A stretch of DNA of 64,000 bases from a bacterium (GTDB lineage: Bacteria > Krumholzibacteriota > Krumholzibacteriia > LZORAL124-64-63). The notes under the pieces were generated by a model that was given only the letters and a program-made list of their open reading frames with translations, did no database searches and had not been told where the DNA came from. This document shows, in pieces, positions 39,701 through 48,000 of this stretch. Location of the stretch: positions 8,586 to 72,585 of the forward strand of contig JADJCK010000015.1 of assembly GCA_016703265.1 (NCBI GenBank), in the 5' to 3' direction. The number at the start of each line of letters is the position of its first letter. Within the stretch, counting starts at the first letter, position 1. The position numbers were made by a program, and so were the translations under genes.

Positions 39701-41343
39701 GTGGCGTCGCCTTCGCGGACTTTGACAACGACGGCGACGAGGACCTGTTCGTGGCTCATGCGCAATCGCCGAAGTTATATCGCAATGACGCGGGAAACTT
39801 TGTGGATGTCACGAACGCGATGGGGTTGTCGACTCTGGCGGCAGGATCAGTCACCGGGTGCTGGGGCGACTACGACAACGACGGCTGGTTGGATCTGTTC
39901 GTCACTAGATGTGAAGTGCCGGGTGCGGAGCCTCCAGACAAGGACAACATCACGTTTGCACAGCACCGGCTGTTCCGCAACACGTGCGGATCCGGATGCG
40001 GTTTCGTGGACGTTACGGCAGCCGCTGGATTCGTGGTTCAGTATCTGCCCGTAGCCGCGTCCGCCTCATGGGGCGACTTGGAGAATGACGGCGACTTGGA
40101 CCTCGTGATCGTCGACTTGAGCGATCTCGGCTATGGCAACAGTGCGGTGTTCGTGAATCAGGGGAATGGCACCTTCAGCGAAGAGCGAGCTTCGAGGCTC
40201 AGCAACGGCATCATGGGCGGCTACGATATCGACTATGGCACCGGCGTTGTCTGGGCTGACATGAACAACGATGGCGACTTGGATATCGTCGTCAGCTGCG
40301 CCAGTCCGGGGTCTGGAATCCTCTTCAATGACGGTACCGGCGTATTCCCAGCTGACGCTACAGTGAGATTCCCGTCCGGTGCCGCGGGTTATGGCGGACT
40401 GCAGGTCTTTGACCACAATCTCGATGGCTGGCAGGACGTCTTCATGTTGTCGCGCACCGCGAATGAGCCATCGCGGCTATTTCTGGCCAATCCGACTCAA
40501 GATGGAGTCATCTATCTTGAGAACACGCACAACGCCGCGCTGGCCCACACGTCCAGTGGTATGGGTTCACTCGCCGCCGACTACACGTCTGATGGCGACA
40601 TGGACCTGTTTGTGGGGCGCCCGGTGGCCAGCGGGGAGTTCTTCTACAAGACGGACAGCCAGGTTGATGCAAATTCGCTTGGTCAGCGCTATGTGAAGCT
40701 GCGTCTGGTTTCGCCGAATGCGGACAACGCTAACCGCCAGGGCATCGGGGCAGCGGTGACGGTGACTGCGGGCGGTCTGGTTCAGACGGCTCAAGTCGAC
40801 GGTGGCAGCGGCCGTGGCGGTCAGCGAGACCGCACTTTGACCTTTGGGTTGGGAGATTACACCGGCCCGATCACGGCAACAATTCGGTGGCCTGGCGGCA
40901 CAGTTCAAAGCGACGTCGACCTGATTGCAAGTGGAGCTGGTGCCGGCGAAACGGTCAATATTGTGAGCGACGCTGCTCCTACCGTCAGCAACGTGAACGT
41001 GGCCACTCTGGTCGTCCCGGGTACCACGTTCTTTGACTGGGTGTTCACGTGGGACACCGACGCGGCCTGCAAGGCTGCCAATGATGTCCTGACGTTCGAC
41101 CAATTGGAAATTGCCAACCCGTGTTGGCCCGGCTGGACTACGGTAACACCGGCGACCACGGGGATCACCTACACCTATGCTGCCAAGTCCGGCGGTGGCT
41201 ACACGCACACGATTCGGATCGACCATGAAGACTGCAACCTGAACTGCAGCTTCCGGTACACGGTTTCCAGCGACGGCGGTCTGCAGTCCGCGACCAGCCC
41301 GACCAAGACGAAGGTCGTCAAGTTCTGCCCCTCGGGGTTCTAG
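36721..41343 (+). CDS. 1540-aa secreted multidomain protein: subtilisin-like S8 peptidase (with large insert) + FG-GAP/VCBS repeats + ASPIC/UnbV-like domain
   Basis: GGAGGA SD; signal/anchor. S8 triad contexts VAVIDGGFD, WDHGTSVASQ, GFGTSLSVPMVAGVAALV. Six DxDxDGxxD FG-GAP-like repeats (FADFDNDGDEDLFV, WGDYDNDGWLDLFV, WGDLENDGDLDLVI, WADMNNDGDLDIVV, ...). RQGIGAAVTVTAGG..QTAQVDGGSGRGGQRDRTLTFGLG (ASPIC/UnbV). Confidence 0.8.
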   Translation: MKYFSRGNRRNSGAWASGETWVYAAKCAPAVIALIAMLLITPGVFAEGSWGFVDLIVTFESTDIDRTPAIDGATLRIDGVGKSTSIGALTRVISCKPLVADQLSPEFSFSGPWMITVFTSESPESLLQAVLLESSVAKAMLQQDAGEFASERTLAYFPDDDHDLFCSAQSQLHRRVVTEVPLAGDECGPSRPAPDCDMDLPQAWGISRGDSSIVVAVIDGGFDLFHPGLGGPGPDFAVTDSLAWYNRGIWYRNWREVIGQFPADTDTFPGIGGVDEDNNGVTDEDAWGNLPGEPREADPSVHRWTSIGAYTFTNTNAQWEADEFVGMRLYLTEKPYTSDGVYELIRSNTATEITTWGTYVIDLMVANGFNGWEYLSRGNGRVQFKICDGEDQDGDGEVDDFGYVGSPYDDDENGYEDDVRGWDFVASSRMLLGPVLSCDREDYCTADNDPRSMWDHGTSVASQVATVETDGRMMGVAPKVKILPVRVGCILSCGTELQTYSPYKGLGIDYARKMGADIISISVPPNRLEGIPSFPHDEVRRALDAGIVVVAGAGNEVFEADVVGVEEVVWVAGLETNDVRWDWEDDGESNYGAWVDVAALAAPVTMAVWGALPYPGSLNGWLQPSEWHTYGYEPLDPPVHTAHGGFGTSLSVPMVAGVAALVKSTYPHWTRSEIVNKISVSTDNIYGDGLNDRDLTWLGNGRVNAYRALTFYGNLPAASDTTWAHNIWIGGDVEVPEGRTLTIAAGDTVRVAIDDLLHAGANPNEIEFVIDGALHVNGTPSAPVVFESFGGSHHRWLVGEAITISGETFTIGGLGCAQIASDANSPLMPGVSSASQVFSVEITHVAALDSVKVDLSGLGLNATTLHLRDDGQGEDIVAADGIYTSAPFAAMLSVGNGYSVDVTAYASGGGYRRRSVAVEVPQVVAKFTDVSSQTGLDYQGTPFSAASAKMSADSGMIVTTSDQEAPTYDRIEVLPTGAPRFSARGFAASPIGGRGVAFADFDNDGDEDLFVAHAQSPKLYRNDAGNFVDVTNAMGLSTLAAGSVTGCWGDYDNDGWLDLFVTRCEVPGAEPPDKDNITFAQHRLFRNTCGSGCGFVDVTAAAGFVVQYLPVAASASWGDLENDGDLDLVIVDLSDLGYGNSAVFVNQGNGTFSEERASRLSNGIMGGYDIDYGTGVVWADMNNDGDLDIVVSCASPGSGILFNDGTGVFPADATVRFPSGAAGYGGLQVFDHNLDGWQDVFMLSRTANEPSRLFLANPTQDGVIYLENTHNAALAHTSSGMGSLAADYTSDGDMDLFVGRPVASGEFFYKTDSQVDANSLGQRYVKLRLVSPNADNANRQGIGAAVTVTAGGLVQTAQVDGGSGRGGQRDRTLTFGLGDYTGPITATIRWPGGTVQSDVDLIASGAGAGETVNIVSDAAPTVSNVNVATLVVPGTTFFDWVFTWDTDAACKAANDVLTFDQLEIANPCWPGWTTVTPATTGITYTYAAKSGGGYTHTIRIDHEDCNLNCSFRYTVSSDGGLQSATSPTKTKVVKFCPSGF

Positions 41344-41360
41344 ACAATAGGAGGGTCGAC

Positions 41361-42278
41361 ATGTCCCGAACGAAGTGGTCGTGGTCCGTCTCGCTGTTGA
41401 CGATCTTCGTGTCAGCGTCGGCAGTCGCGGCAGATGATCTGGACGGTGTCAAAGTATTGGGATCGCTGGGCTTATCGCAATCAGTGCAGAACAGCTGCAT
41501 CGCTATTTGGGTACCAGTGCCGCAGGATATGGCAATTAGCGGCATAAAATGGTACAATAACGATGCGATGGCGACGTTTCCGGAAGTACTTGTCCAGAGT
41601 GGCACCCCGGAATACCCCGTGGCCTTGACCGATGCCTATTCGGTGGCGGCGAATGTTTCCGGACCGTCAAGCGGTTGGGGGGAAGTGACGTTTTCCGGGT
41701 TGGTGGGCAGCGCAAGCGGAGGCCTGTACGTGATTTTCCGGGTGCCAGACGGAGTCGCGGCGACAGCAGACGGCGTTGGTGGCGGGCCCGCGCTTGGCTA
41801 CACCAACGCGGCGTCCGGGCTGTCCGGCTGGTTGAGCGCCGATGGAGTGGAGTGGGAGCCGGTGCATCCGAGCTTCGGCTTTGCAGCGCAACCTGTTCTC
41901 GTAGCCGGCACACCTGGGATGACGCTCAAGTCCAAGGGGAAGGCAGGCGGCACGGTCGGGCAGGCAGCCAGCAATTCAGCGCCAGCAGTTGTGACTAGCT
42001 ATCCGACCATCCTTCTTCCGGCATCACCGAATCCGTTCAACCCGCAGACGACGCTGAAGTATTCGGTAAGGGAAACCAGCCAAGTCGACCTGTGCGTGTT
42101 CAATGTGCGGGGCGAACTAGTGAATCGACTGGTTGCCGAGCGGAAGGAGCCGGGCGAGTACACTGTTGTGTGGGATGGGCGCGACCGTAGCGGGGCGGCC
42201 ATGGCCAGCGGCGTGTACTTTGCGAGGTTCTTGGCAGGAAATGTGGCGATGTCGCAGCGGCTTGTACTGCTGCAATAG
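41361..42278 (+). CDS. secreted protein, unknown N-domain + FlgD-Ig/T9SS-like C-terminal domain
   Basis: Signal peptide; tail NPFNPQTTLKYSV..VDLCVFNVRGELVNRL...GEYTVVWDGRDRSGAAMASGVYFARF. Confidence 0.65.
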   Translation: MSRTKWSWSVSLLTIFVSASAVAADDLDGVKVLGSLGLSQSVQNSCIAIWVPVPQDMAISGIKWYNNDAMATFPEVLVQSGTPEYPVALTDAYSVAANVSGPSSGWGEVTFSGLVGSASGGLYVIFRVPDGVAATADGVGGGPALGYTNAASGLSGWLSADGVEWEPVHPSFGFAAQPVLVAGTPGMTLKSKGKAGGTVGQAASNSAPAVVTSYPTILLPASPNPFNPQTTLKYSVRETSQVDLCVFNVRGELVNRLVAERKEPGEYTVVWDGRDRSGAAMASGVYFARFLAGNVAMSQRLVLLQ

Positions 42279-42336
42279 CTGTTGGCGAGCGGGGGTGGCC
42301 GCAACGCCACCCCCACGCAATCGAAAGCTGGCCGCA

Positions 42337-43485
42337 ATGAAATTCGCGCATACGATCGCAATTGCGACTTTCCTGGCCGGCTGCGTGGCTCAAGTGGCGT
42401 GGGCCAGAACTTGGCGAGTGGAACTCAACGGTTCGGGGGACTTTAGGGATATACAGCCAGCGGTGGAGGCCGCATCATCAGGCGATACGATTCGTATCGG
42501 TCCAGGGAGATTTCAGCAACTGCATCAGATCGTTGCTCCGGCGTGGACGGAGGAGACGATTGTTGCGGTGACAAAGGACAATCTGACATTTATCGGAGCG
42601 GGGGCGGAACAGACGATTCTTGGCATGACGTCTTACTATGCACCGGAAGGTCGGTTTCCAAAGGTCATTTGTTCCGTCGACTCGCATGTTGGCGCCATCA
42701 GTGGTCTGACGATTGAGAACATGAAGACAGGAATCTATTGGTGGCAGGGGACTTTGGACGTGCATGATTGCGTGTTTCGACATTTTGGCGCCGGGATTGT
42801 GTGCTGGATCGATGGCGGAAGCATTCGCGATTGTCAATTTGAAATTAGCAATGATGGGAAAGCACTCACGCCGGAACTGACGAACACATTGATTGTTGAT
42901 AGCTGCAGTTGTTTGGGGTACGGCCAGGGATTCACGTCCGGTGCTTCCGCCCACAACATCAATTTCTCAAATTGTGAATTTAGAGACAACCGTACTGCGA
43001 TGGTGTACGACCGTTGGAGTACTGGTACGATCGAGAATACGACGATCGTGAATTCGATCTTTGCTGGTTTGATGGTCACATACAACTCGCAGGTGAATAT
43101 GGTAGGTGTGCGCATCAACGGCGGGCAATACGGACTCTTTGTGTCTGGCGGATCAGTTGTGACCGGAGAAAACGTGATATTGGAAGGGACGACCGGTGAA
43201 TCCCTGTACACTTCGTCCGAGTCGCATGTGACTATTAACAATAGTCACATTTTACCGGCGAGTGGCCTTGGAGTTGGTAGCCATGGCTACTTCGGAGCAC
43301 CCGTGCTGCTGGACTTAAGTGGCAACTATTGGGGCACGACCAGTACGGATCTGATTGATAGCATGATCACAGACGGTGTCGACGACCCATTAGTTCACTG
43401 TACTGTGCAGTACTTGCCAATCGCCAACGGCCCGGTCCCGACCGAGTCCACTTCCTGGGGCGACCTGAAGGCCCTATTCCGGTGA
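42337..43485 (+). CDS. right-handed parallel beta-helix repeat protein (secreted)
   Basis: Signal peptide MKFAHTIAIATFLAGCVAQVAWA; W.V..NGSGDFRDIQPAVEAASSGDTIRIGPG (pectin-lyase-fold start); repeated ...N..I.N. turns; ends SWGDLKALFR. Confidence 0.65.
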   Translation: MKFAHTIAIATFLAGCVAQVAWARTWRVELNGSGDFRDIQPAVEAASSGDTIRIGPGRFQQLHQIVAPAWTEETIVAVTKDNLTFIGAGAEQTILGMTSYYAPEGRFPKVICSVDSHVGAISGLTIENMKTGIYWWQGTLDVHDCVFRHFGAGIVCWIDGGSIRDCQFEISNDGKALTPELTNTLIVDSCSCLGYGQGFTSGASAHNINFSNCEFRDNRTAMVYDRWSTGTIENTTIVNSIFAGLMVTYNSQVNMVGVRINGGQYGLFVSGGSVVTGENVILEGTTGESLYTSSESHVTINNSHILPASGLGVGSHGYFGAPVLLDLSGNYWGTTSTDLIDSMITDGVDDPLVHCTVQYLPIANGPVPTESTSWGDLKALFR

Positions 43486-43698
43486 GCCGAGGTCCAATTT
43501 CTCTCTCTCGCATTCACGCTGCGCGCCCCGACCGGGGAGCCAATCTGAACTGCCGCGGCCCGGGTGTGAACAATCGCAACAGGTCACACCCGACTGTCGC
43601 GATGCGGCACGCATTTGAGGATTGGGGAAAAACACGCAGTTATGATTTAACTCATTGATTTTCATGGATGTTGTCAGGCGCCTCGGGCAGGCACTATG

Positions 43699-43809
43699 AC
43701 AAACACCACAAAACCCCAAAAAAAAAAAAAACCCCCAAAAACCCCCCCAACACAAAACCAAAACCAAAAACCCCCCCACCCCAAACCCCCCCCCCCCAAC
43801 CCCCCCCCA
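43699..43809. repeat. 111-nt tract containing only A and C (A14 and C12 homopolymers)
   Basis: Direct reading: no G or T between 43699 and 43809; C-rich continuation to about 43855; G8 run at 43870-43877. Confidence 0.95.
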
Positions 43810-43899
43810 GTTCCCCACCCGCCACGCCCGAACCCGTCCACCACCAGGTAGGCGGTACCGCAAACGGGCGGGGGGGGCTGAAGTCGACAGTTGTGACAC

Positions 43900-44810
43900 A
43901 CCCGGAAGACGTTTGTCCATAAATGGCCCGTGGGAGGCCGCCAAGCAGCCCGCCACAGTCGGCAACTGTCCTGCAGACGCCTGCGAGGTAGACGTCTGGC
44001 GAGCAGCGGCAAGATCGCGTGCCCACCAGACGTGAGCCACCACGTCGGCCCCAGCCGAACAGCTTCTCGGCAGCCGCACGATCTGGTCCGGCAGCGAGGC
44101 ACCGCCTCCCGGCGTAGACCGGGCCAAGTCCTCGTCTCGCCAGCGCCGCAACTCGCCGCTGCAAGCAAGACAGGTCTGCGGGTGGATCTCCGTCTGCACA
44201 CGCCCAGGTGCGCCGGCAGCGGCACATGGTGGTTCGGGCGGCGCTTCTTCGGCGTCGCGCGACCACCTCGGCGGAGCCTGGGGGGGAGGAACCGTGACCA
44301 GACCTGGTGCGGCGGCGCTCGATGGCCGGGACGACCTTCTCCTGCTGCGCCAAGAGGAGACAGTGCCAGGGCGTGCTTGAGGTAGGCGTTCTCGCGCAGG
44401 TGATGCAGCTCGCCAAGGAGTCCATCCAGCAGCGGGCATTGACCCGCGCAGCGCTTGAGTTCGGTGTGATGCGCGCGTTGTTGTCCATGCGCGCAGCATA
44501 CACGACACGCGGATTAACACGGGAACAGTTTCCGGCCGTACCAAGGGCGTTTTCGTGCGCACATCGAGACCGCCGAGCAGCACCGCCAACCCGTCGCGTC
44601 AACGCACGCGAGCGCAGCGAACGTTCCGAGCTTGCTACACCGCTCTCCCAGGCAGGATCTTCAGGCGGTCGCGGTTGCGGTTGCAGAACAGAACAGGTGG
44701 CCCGAACGCGGGTCCTGGCCGACAGTCCGCGTCAACGCCGCCAGCGTGTCGAACGACTGCGGGGGGTAGGCACACGCTTTGGGGACGGTCAGCATTCCGG
44801 CGAGCACGCA
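43900..44810 (-). mobile_element. IS66-family element remnant (TnpB/orf2-like plus N-terminal part of the transposase), heavily frameshifted and 3'-truncated
   Basis: Minus-strand fragments: SFDTLAALTRTVGQDPRSGHLFCF.NRNRDRLKIL (IS66 orf2 signature), LLGELHHLRENAYLKHAL (transposase leucine-zipper region), CLACSGELRRW..D......VRLPRSCS (zinc-finger region). They sit in different frames. Confidence 0.5.
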
Positions 44811-45099
44811 CAGCGAGCCAGCGCCACGAGGCAGGCGGCGGCCGTCGGCAGGGCGAGCTCGAACAGAGGCGGTGTCGGCGTCGCGGCCGGACAGGGACGA
44901 ACTTGGGGGGTGGGGGCGCAGCCAGGCCCAGGGAGCCGACGCTGAATCGTCCTGGGCACGGCTGGCGGGAACTGCGGATGGTTGCGATCTCGCGGAGTAC
45001 GACGACGGCTGGACATGAGGCACCTCGGGTTGGGGAGCGGCACAGCCGAAATCAGGGGCGGGGGAATACGCGCGGGGTCGGACGCTTACACCACAACCA

Positions 45100-45114
45100 T
45101 GGCCCGATCCGTGC
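45100..45114 (+). promoter_or_regulatory. sigma54-like -24/-12 element TGGCCCG-N4-GTGC
   Basis: GG-N10-GC spacing correct; 62 nt upstream of the ATG at 45176. Confidence 0.25.
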
Positions 45115-45175
45115 CTCCTTCCGGGCAAGTCGATCCGCACCGGATGCGACACGCCCAACAAGGAAGGAAGCCGTC

Positions 45176-45793
45176 ATGAAGACCACCGTAAAAGCCCGCA
45201 AGAACCTGCTCTCCGCCCTGGCCCTGTCCACCGCCCTGCTGGCCGGAGGCGCCCAGGCCGCCGACGCGACCGCGTCCACGGTTCGCGACACCTCCCACCG
45301 CGGCTTCTTCCTGGGCCTGAACGCCGGCGGCGGCGGCAGCCAGATGATGTTCAAGGACGGCTCGCGCCACATCACCGAGGAGCCCCTGGCCGGCGGCCTC
45401 GGCCAGTTGCGCGTGGGCTACGACCTGAGCCGCCATTTCGCGGTGGGCGTGGAGTCCATCGGCTTCACCAGCAAGAAGGACGACAACGACTGGGAACTGG
45501 GCGCCGTGCTGGCGACCGTGACCTGGAGGCCGTGCGACAAGGGCTTCTTCCTGCGCGCGGGCGTGGGTGTCGGCGGCGGCGACTTCACCGACCCGACGAG
45601 CGGCGTCGCGCACTCGGTCAAGCGGCGCGCGGCGGCCCTGTTCGGCCTGGGCTACGAGTGGAAGCTGGGCGAACGCTTCGGGCTGGGTCTGGCTGCGGAC
45701 GGCTTCGGCTTCGACGCCGACGGCGTGACCGGGTACGAGGACGATGAGGTGGGTGCAGGCGGCGCCACGGTGCAGTTCAACTGGTACCTGTAG
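45176..45793 (+). CDS. small outer-membrane beta-barrel protein
   Basis: Signal peptide ..LLAGGAQA; alternating strands (GFFLGLNAGGG, LRVGYDL, FAVGVESIGF, FFLRAGVGVGG, ALFGLGYEW, GLGLAADGFGF); aromatic C-terminus. Confidence 0.55.
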   Translation: MKTTVKARKNLLSALALSTALLAGGAQAADATASTVRDTSHRGFFLGLNAGGGGSQMMFKDGSRHITEEPLAGGLGQLRVGYDLSRHFAVGVESIGFTSKKDDNDWELGAVLATVTWRPCDKGFFLRAGVGVGGGDFTDPTSGVAHSVKRRAAALFGLGYEWKLGERFGLGLAADGFGFDADGVTGYEDDEVGAGGATVQFNWYL

Positions 45794-45871
45794 AGATCGT
45801 ACGTTGTGCAGGCCGGCGGCCTGGGCGAGAATGGGCAGCAGCCACCTCCTGCACGAACGGGAAAGCCACCG

Positions 45872-47341
45872 ATGAACAGCCACCGGGACAACGAGAGCCG
45901 GAACGGGCGGGGACGCGCAGGGCGTCGCCCGCTCCGGCGCGCCTGGCGGCCTCTGCTGCCGGCGCTGGTGCTCATGCTGACTTGCGCCGGCGCAACTGTC
46001 GGTTCGGCCGCCGCCGTGGCCCCGGACGCGCCCGACAGCCTGGCCGCACCTGCCGTCGATGATCGCCGCCTGCATCTGGCCGCGGTCGAACTGGTGGGCG
46101 CCACGCGCACCGACCTGGCCACCGTCTACCGTTACCTGCCGCTGCGTCCGGGACAGGCCATCGACCAGGCCGCGCTGGTCGCGGCCGTCGAGGAACTGCG
46201 CGCGGGCGGCCTTTTCCGCTCGGTGGATTTCTACACGCGGCCGGGTGAGGGGCGCGGGCAACTGGTGCTCGTGCTCGAGGTTGTCGAGCATCGGCCCGAC
46301 CTTCGCTGGGCGGCCGGCAACACGAATCTCGACGGCTGGTACCTGGTGCCGGCGATGGTCGCATTCGACAATGCGTTCGGCGATGGCGGCAACCTGGACC
46401 TGCGCTGGCGCATCGGGCTGCGCCACGACGCGATCGTGTTGCGTTACGGGCAGCCGCGCGTCGGCGACGGTCGCAGCTACTGGAACCTCGAGGCCGGCGC
46501 CGGTCGCACCGAGCGTCCGTACTTCGCCGACGGCGTCGAGTTCCTCCATGGCGTCGATGCCTCGGGCCTCGCATTCGCCTTCGGTCGGCATGTGGACGAG
46601 CGTCGCCTGGTCGAGTTCAGCCTCGATGTCGCGACCGTCGATGTGGCCCATCACTCCACCGCCCACACGCGCTCGCAGGACGACAGCGTCGACTACGGGC
46701 AGGAGATTCCCGAGGCCGACCTGCCGCCGGCGATCCGCGAGGCGGTCGGTCGCAGCGCGCGCGCCTCCGCGCATCTCGACTGGCAGTACGATTCGCGTCC
46801 GGCCCGCAGCACCGCCGGCACGCCGACGGGCGGACTGTGGGGGCGCGCCAAGGGCGGGCTCGTGGTGCAGGAGGGGCGCCCGGGGCACGCCACCCTCGAG
46901 ATGGACCTGCGGTCGTACCGCGCCGTGCCCGGCGGCGTGCTTGCCGCGCGACTGCGCGGGCAGTGGGTCGGCGAGGCGGCGGCCTTCCACGACCGGCTCT
47001 ACCTCGGCGGCCTGTACAGCCTGCGCGGCTTCTCCACCGGCGCGTTGTCGCCCCCCGGCGGCGACACCTGGCAATGGGCGGGCTCACTCGAGTACCGCAG
47101 TCCCATCCTCTCCGATGCCCGCGGCACGAAGCTGGCCGGCATCCTGTTCGTCGACGCGGGAGCCGGCGGCGCCGGCGATGTCGCTGATCCATACACGGGC
47201 ATGGCCGTGGGCGCCGGCTACGGCGTGCGCATGCGCGTGCGCTGGCTCGACTGGATCGGCGTCGATGTCGGCTTCCCGCTCACCGAGCGCACGCTCGACA
47301 TGCGCTTCCAGGGCCACGCCTCGATCGGGTGGTCGTTCTGA
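45872..47341 (+). CDS. Omp85 (BamA/TamA-family) outer-membrane protein with one POTRA-like domain
   Basis: POTRA-like VELVGATRTDLATVYRYLPLRPGQAIDQAAL..AVEELRAGGLFRSV; surface-antigen barrel LYLGGLYSLRGF...AGILFVDAG...GAGYGVRM; ends GWSF. Start could be 45806. Confidence 0.65.
   Translation: MNSHRDNESRNGRGRAGRRPLRRAWRPLLPALVLMLTCAGATVGSAAAVAPDAPDSLAAPAVDDRRLHLAAVELVGATRTDLATVYRYLPLRPGQAIDQAALVAAVEELRAGGLFRSVDFYTRPGEGRGQLVLVLEVVEHRPDLRWAAGNTNLDGWYLVPAMVAFDNAFGDGGNLDLRWRIGLRHDAIVLRYGQPRVGDGRSYWNLEAGAGRTERPYFADGVEFLHGVDASGLAFAFGRHVDERRLVEFSLDVATVDVAHHSTAHTRSQDDSVDYGQEIPEADLPPAIREAVGRSARASAHLDWQYDSRPARSTAGTPTGGLWGRAKGGLVVQEGRPGHATLEMDLRSYRAVPGGVLAARLRGQWVGEAAAFHDRLYLGGLYSLRGFSTGALSPPGGDTWQWAGSLEYRSPILSDARGTKLAGILFVDAGAGGAGDVADPYTGMAVGAGYGVRMRVRWLDWIGVDVGFPLTERTLDMRFQGHASIGWSF
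45980..45997. repeat. single palindrome unit, copy K, inside the Omp85 signal-peptide codons
   Basis: ACTTGCGCCGGCGCAACT read as ..LTCAGAT.. Confidence 0.85.
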
Positions 47342-48000
47342 TGCGGCGCATGCATGCCACTCTGGCCTGCCTGCTGGGCACGCTGCTTCTGACGGCATCG
47401 GCAGGGCCGGCCCTGGCGTCCGCGCGCCTGATCAGCGTGGCGCCCGCGCGCGCCGGTGAACAATTGGCCTGCCGCGTGACCGCGAGCGGGCTGCCCGACG
47501 AGCGCCAGCTGCAGTCGATGCGCTCGGGCCTGGTCGCGGCCGTCGAGCTGGAACTGGCCGTGGTCGACGCCGAAGGGCGCGTGGCCGTTGCGCATTCGCT
47601 GTCGCTGCGCCTGGGCTTCGACCTGTGGGAAGAGGTCTTCTCGGTATCGGGCGCGGGGGCCGAGCGACGCTTCCGGAGCCTTGAGGAACTGCGGGCGCAC
47701 CTGGCCGACCTGCCGCCGTTCACGTTGATGCCGCTGGCTTCATTGGCCGAGTCCGGCCGCTACCAGGTGCGCGCGGGACTGCTCGCGCGGCCCGTCGCGA
47801 ACGACGAGCGCGAACGAGTCGGCAACCTGATCGCGGGCGAGCCGCGCGGGGAGCCGGGCCGCTCGGACCGGCAGGAGGCCTCGGTCAGCCTCGGGCGCCT
47901 GATCCGCTTCTTCTACCAGGGCACGCGCGACGATCGCGACGGCCAGGAAGCGGCCTCGGCCTGGTTCCGGCGGCAGGAGGTGCCCGATGAAGCGCATTAG
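47341..48000 (+). CDS. DUF4390-like periplasmic protein
   Basis: TGATG junction with the Omp85 gene; signal peptide; pattern ..SGLVAAVELELAVVD......LRLGFDLWEEVF....FRSLEELRAHL. Position upstream of an NtrY-type kinase. Confidence 0.5.
   Translation: MRRMHATLACLLGTLLLTASAGPALASARLISVAPARAGEQLACRVTASGLPDERQLQSMRSGLVAAVELELAVVDAEGRVAVAHSLSLRLGFDLWEEVFSVSGAGAERRFRSLEELRAHLADLPPFTLMPLASLAESGRYQVRAGLLARPVANDERERVGNLIAGEPRGEPGRSDRQEASVSLGRLIRFFYQGTRDDRDGQEAASAWFRRQEVPDEAH

Noticed and set aside
43699-43809. C4A4/C4A2-like blocks resemble ciliate telomere repeats; might this be a replicon end or eukaryotic contamination?
   Set aside because: The blocks are irregular rather than a true tandem repeat. 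The tract is internal, with typical bacterial sequence on both sides, and it includes an A14 run. An artefact or a simple-sequence tract is more parsimonious.
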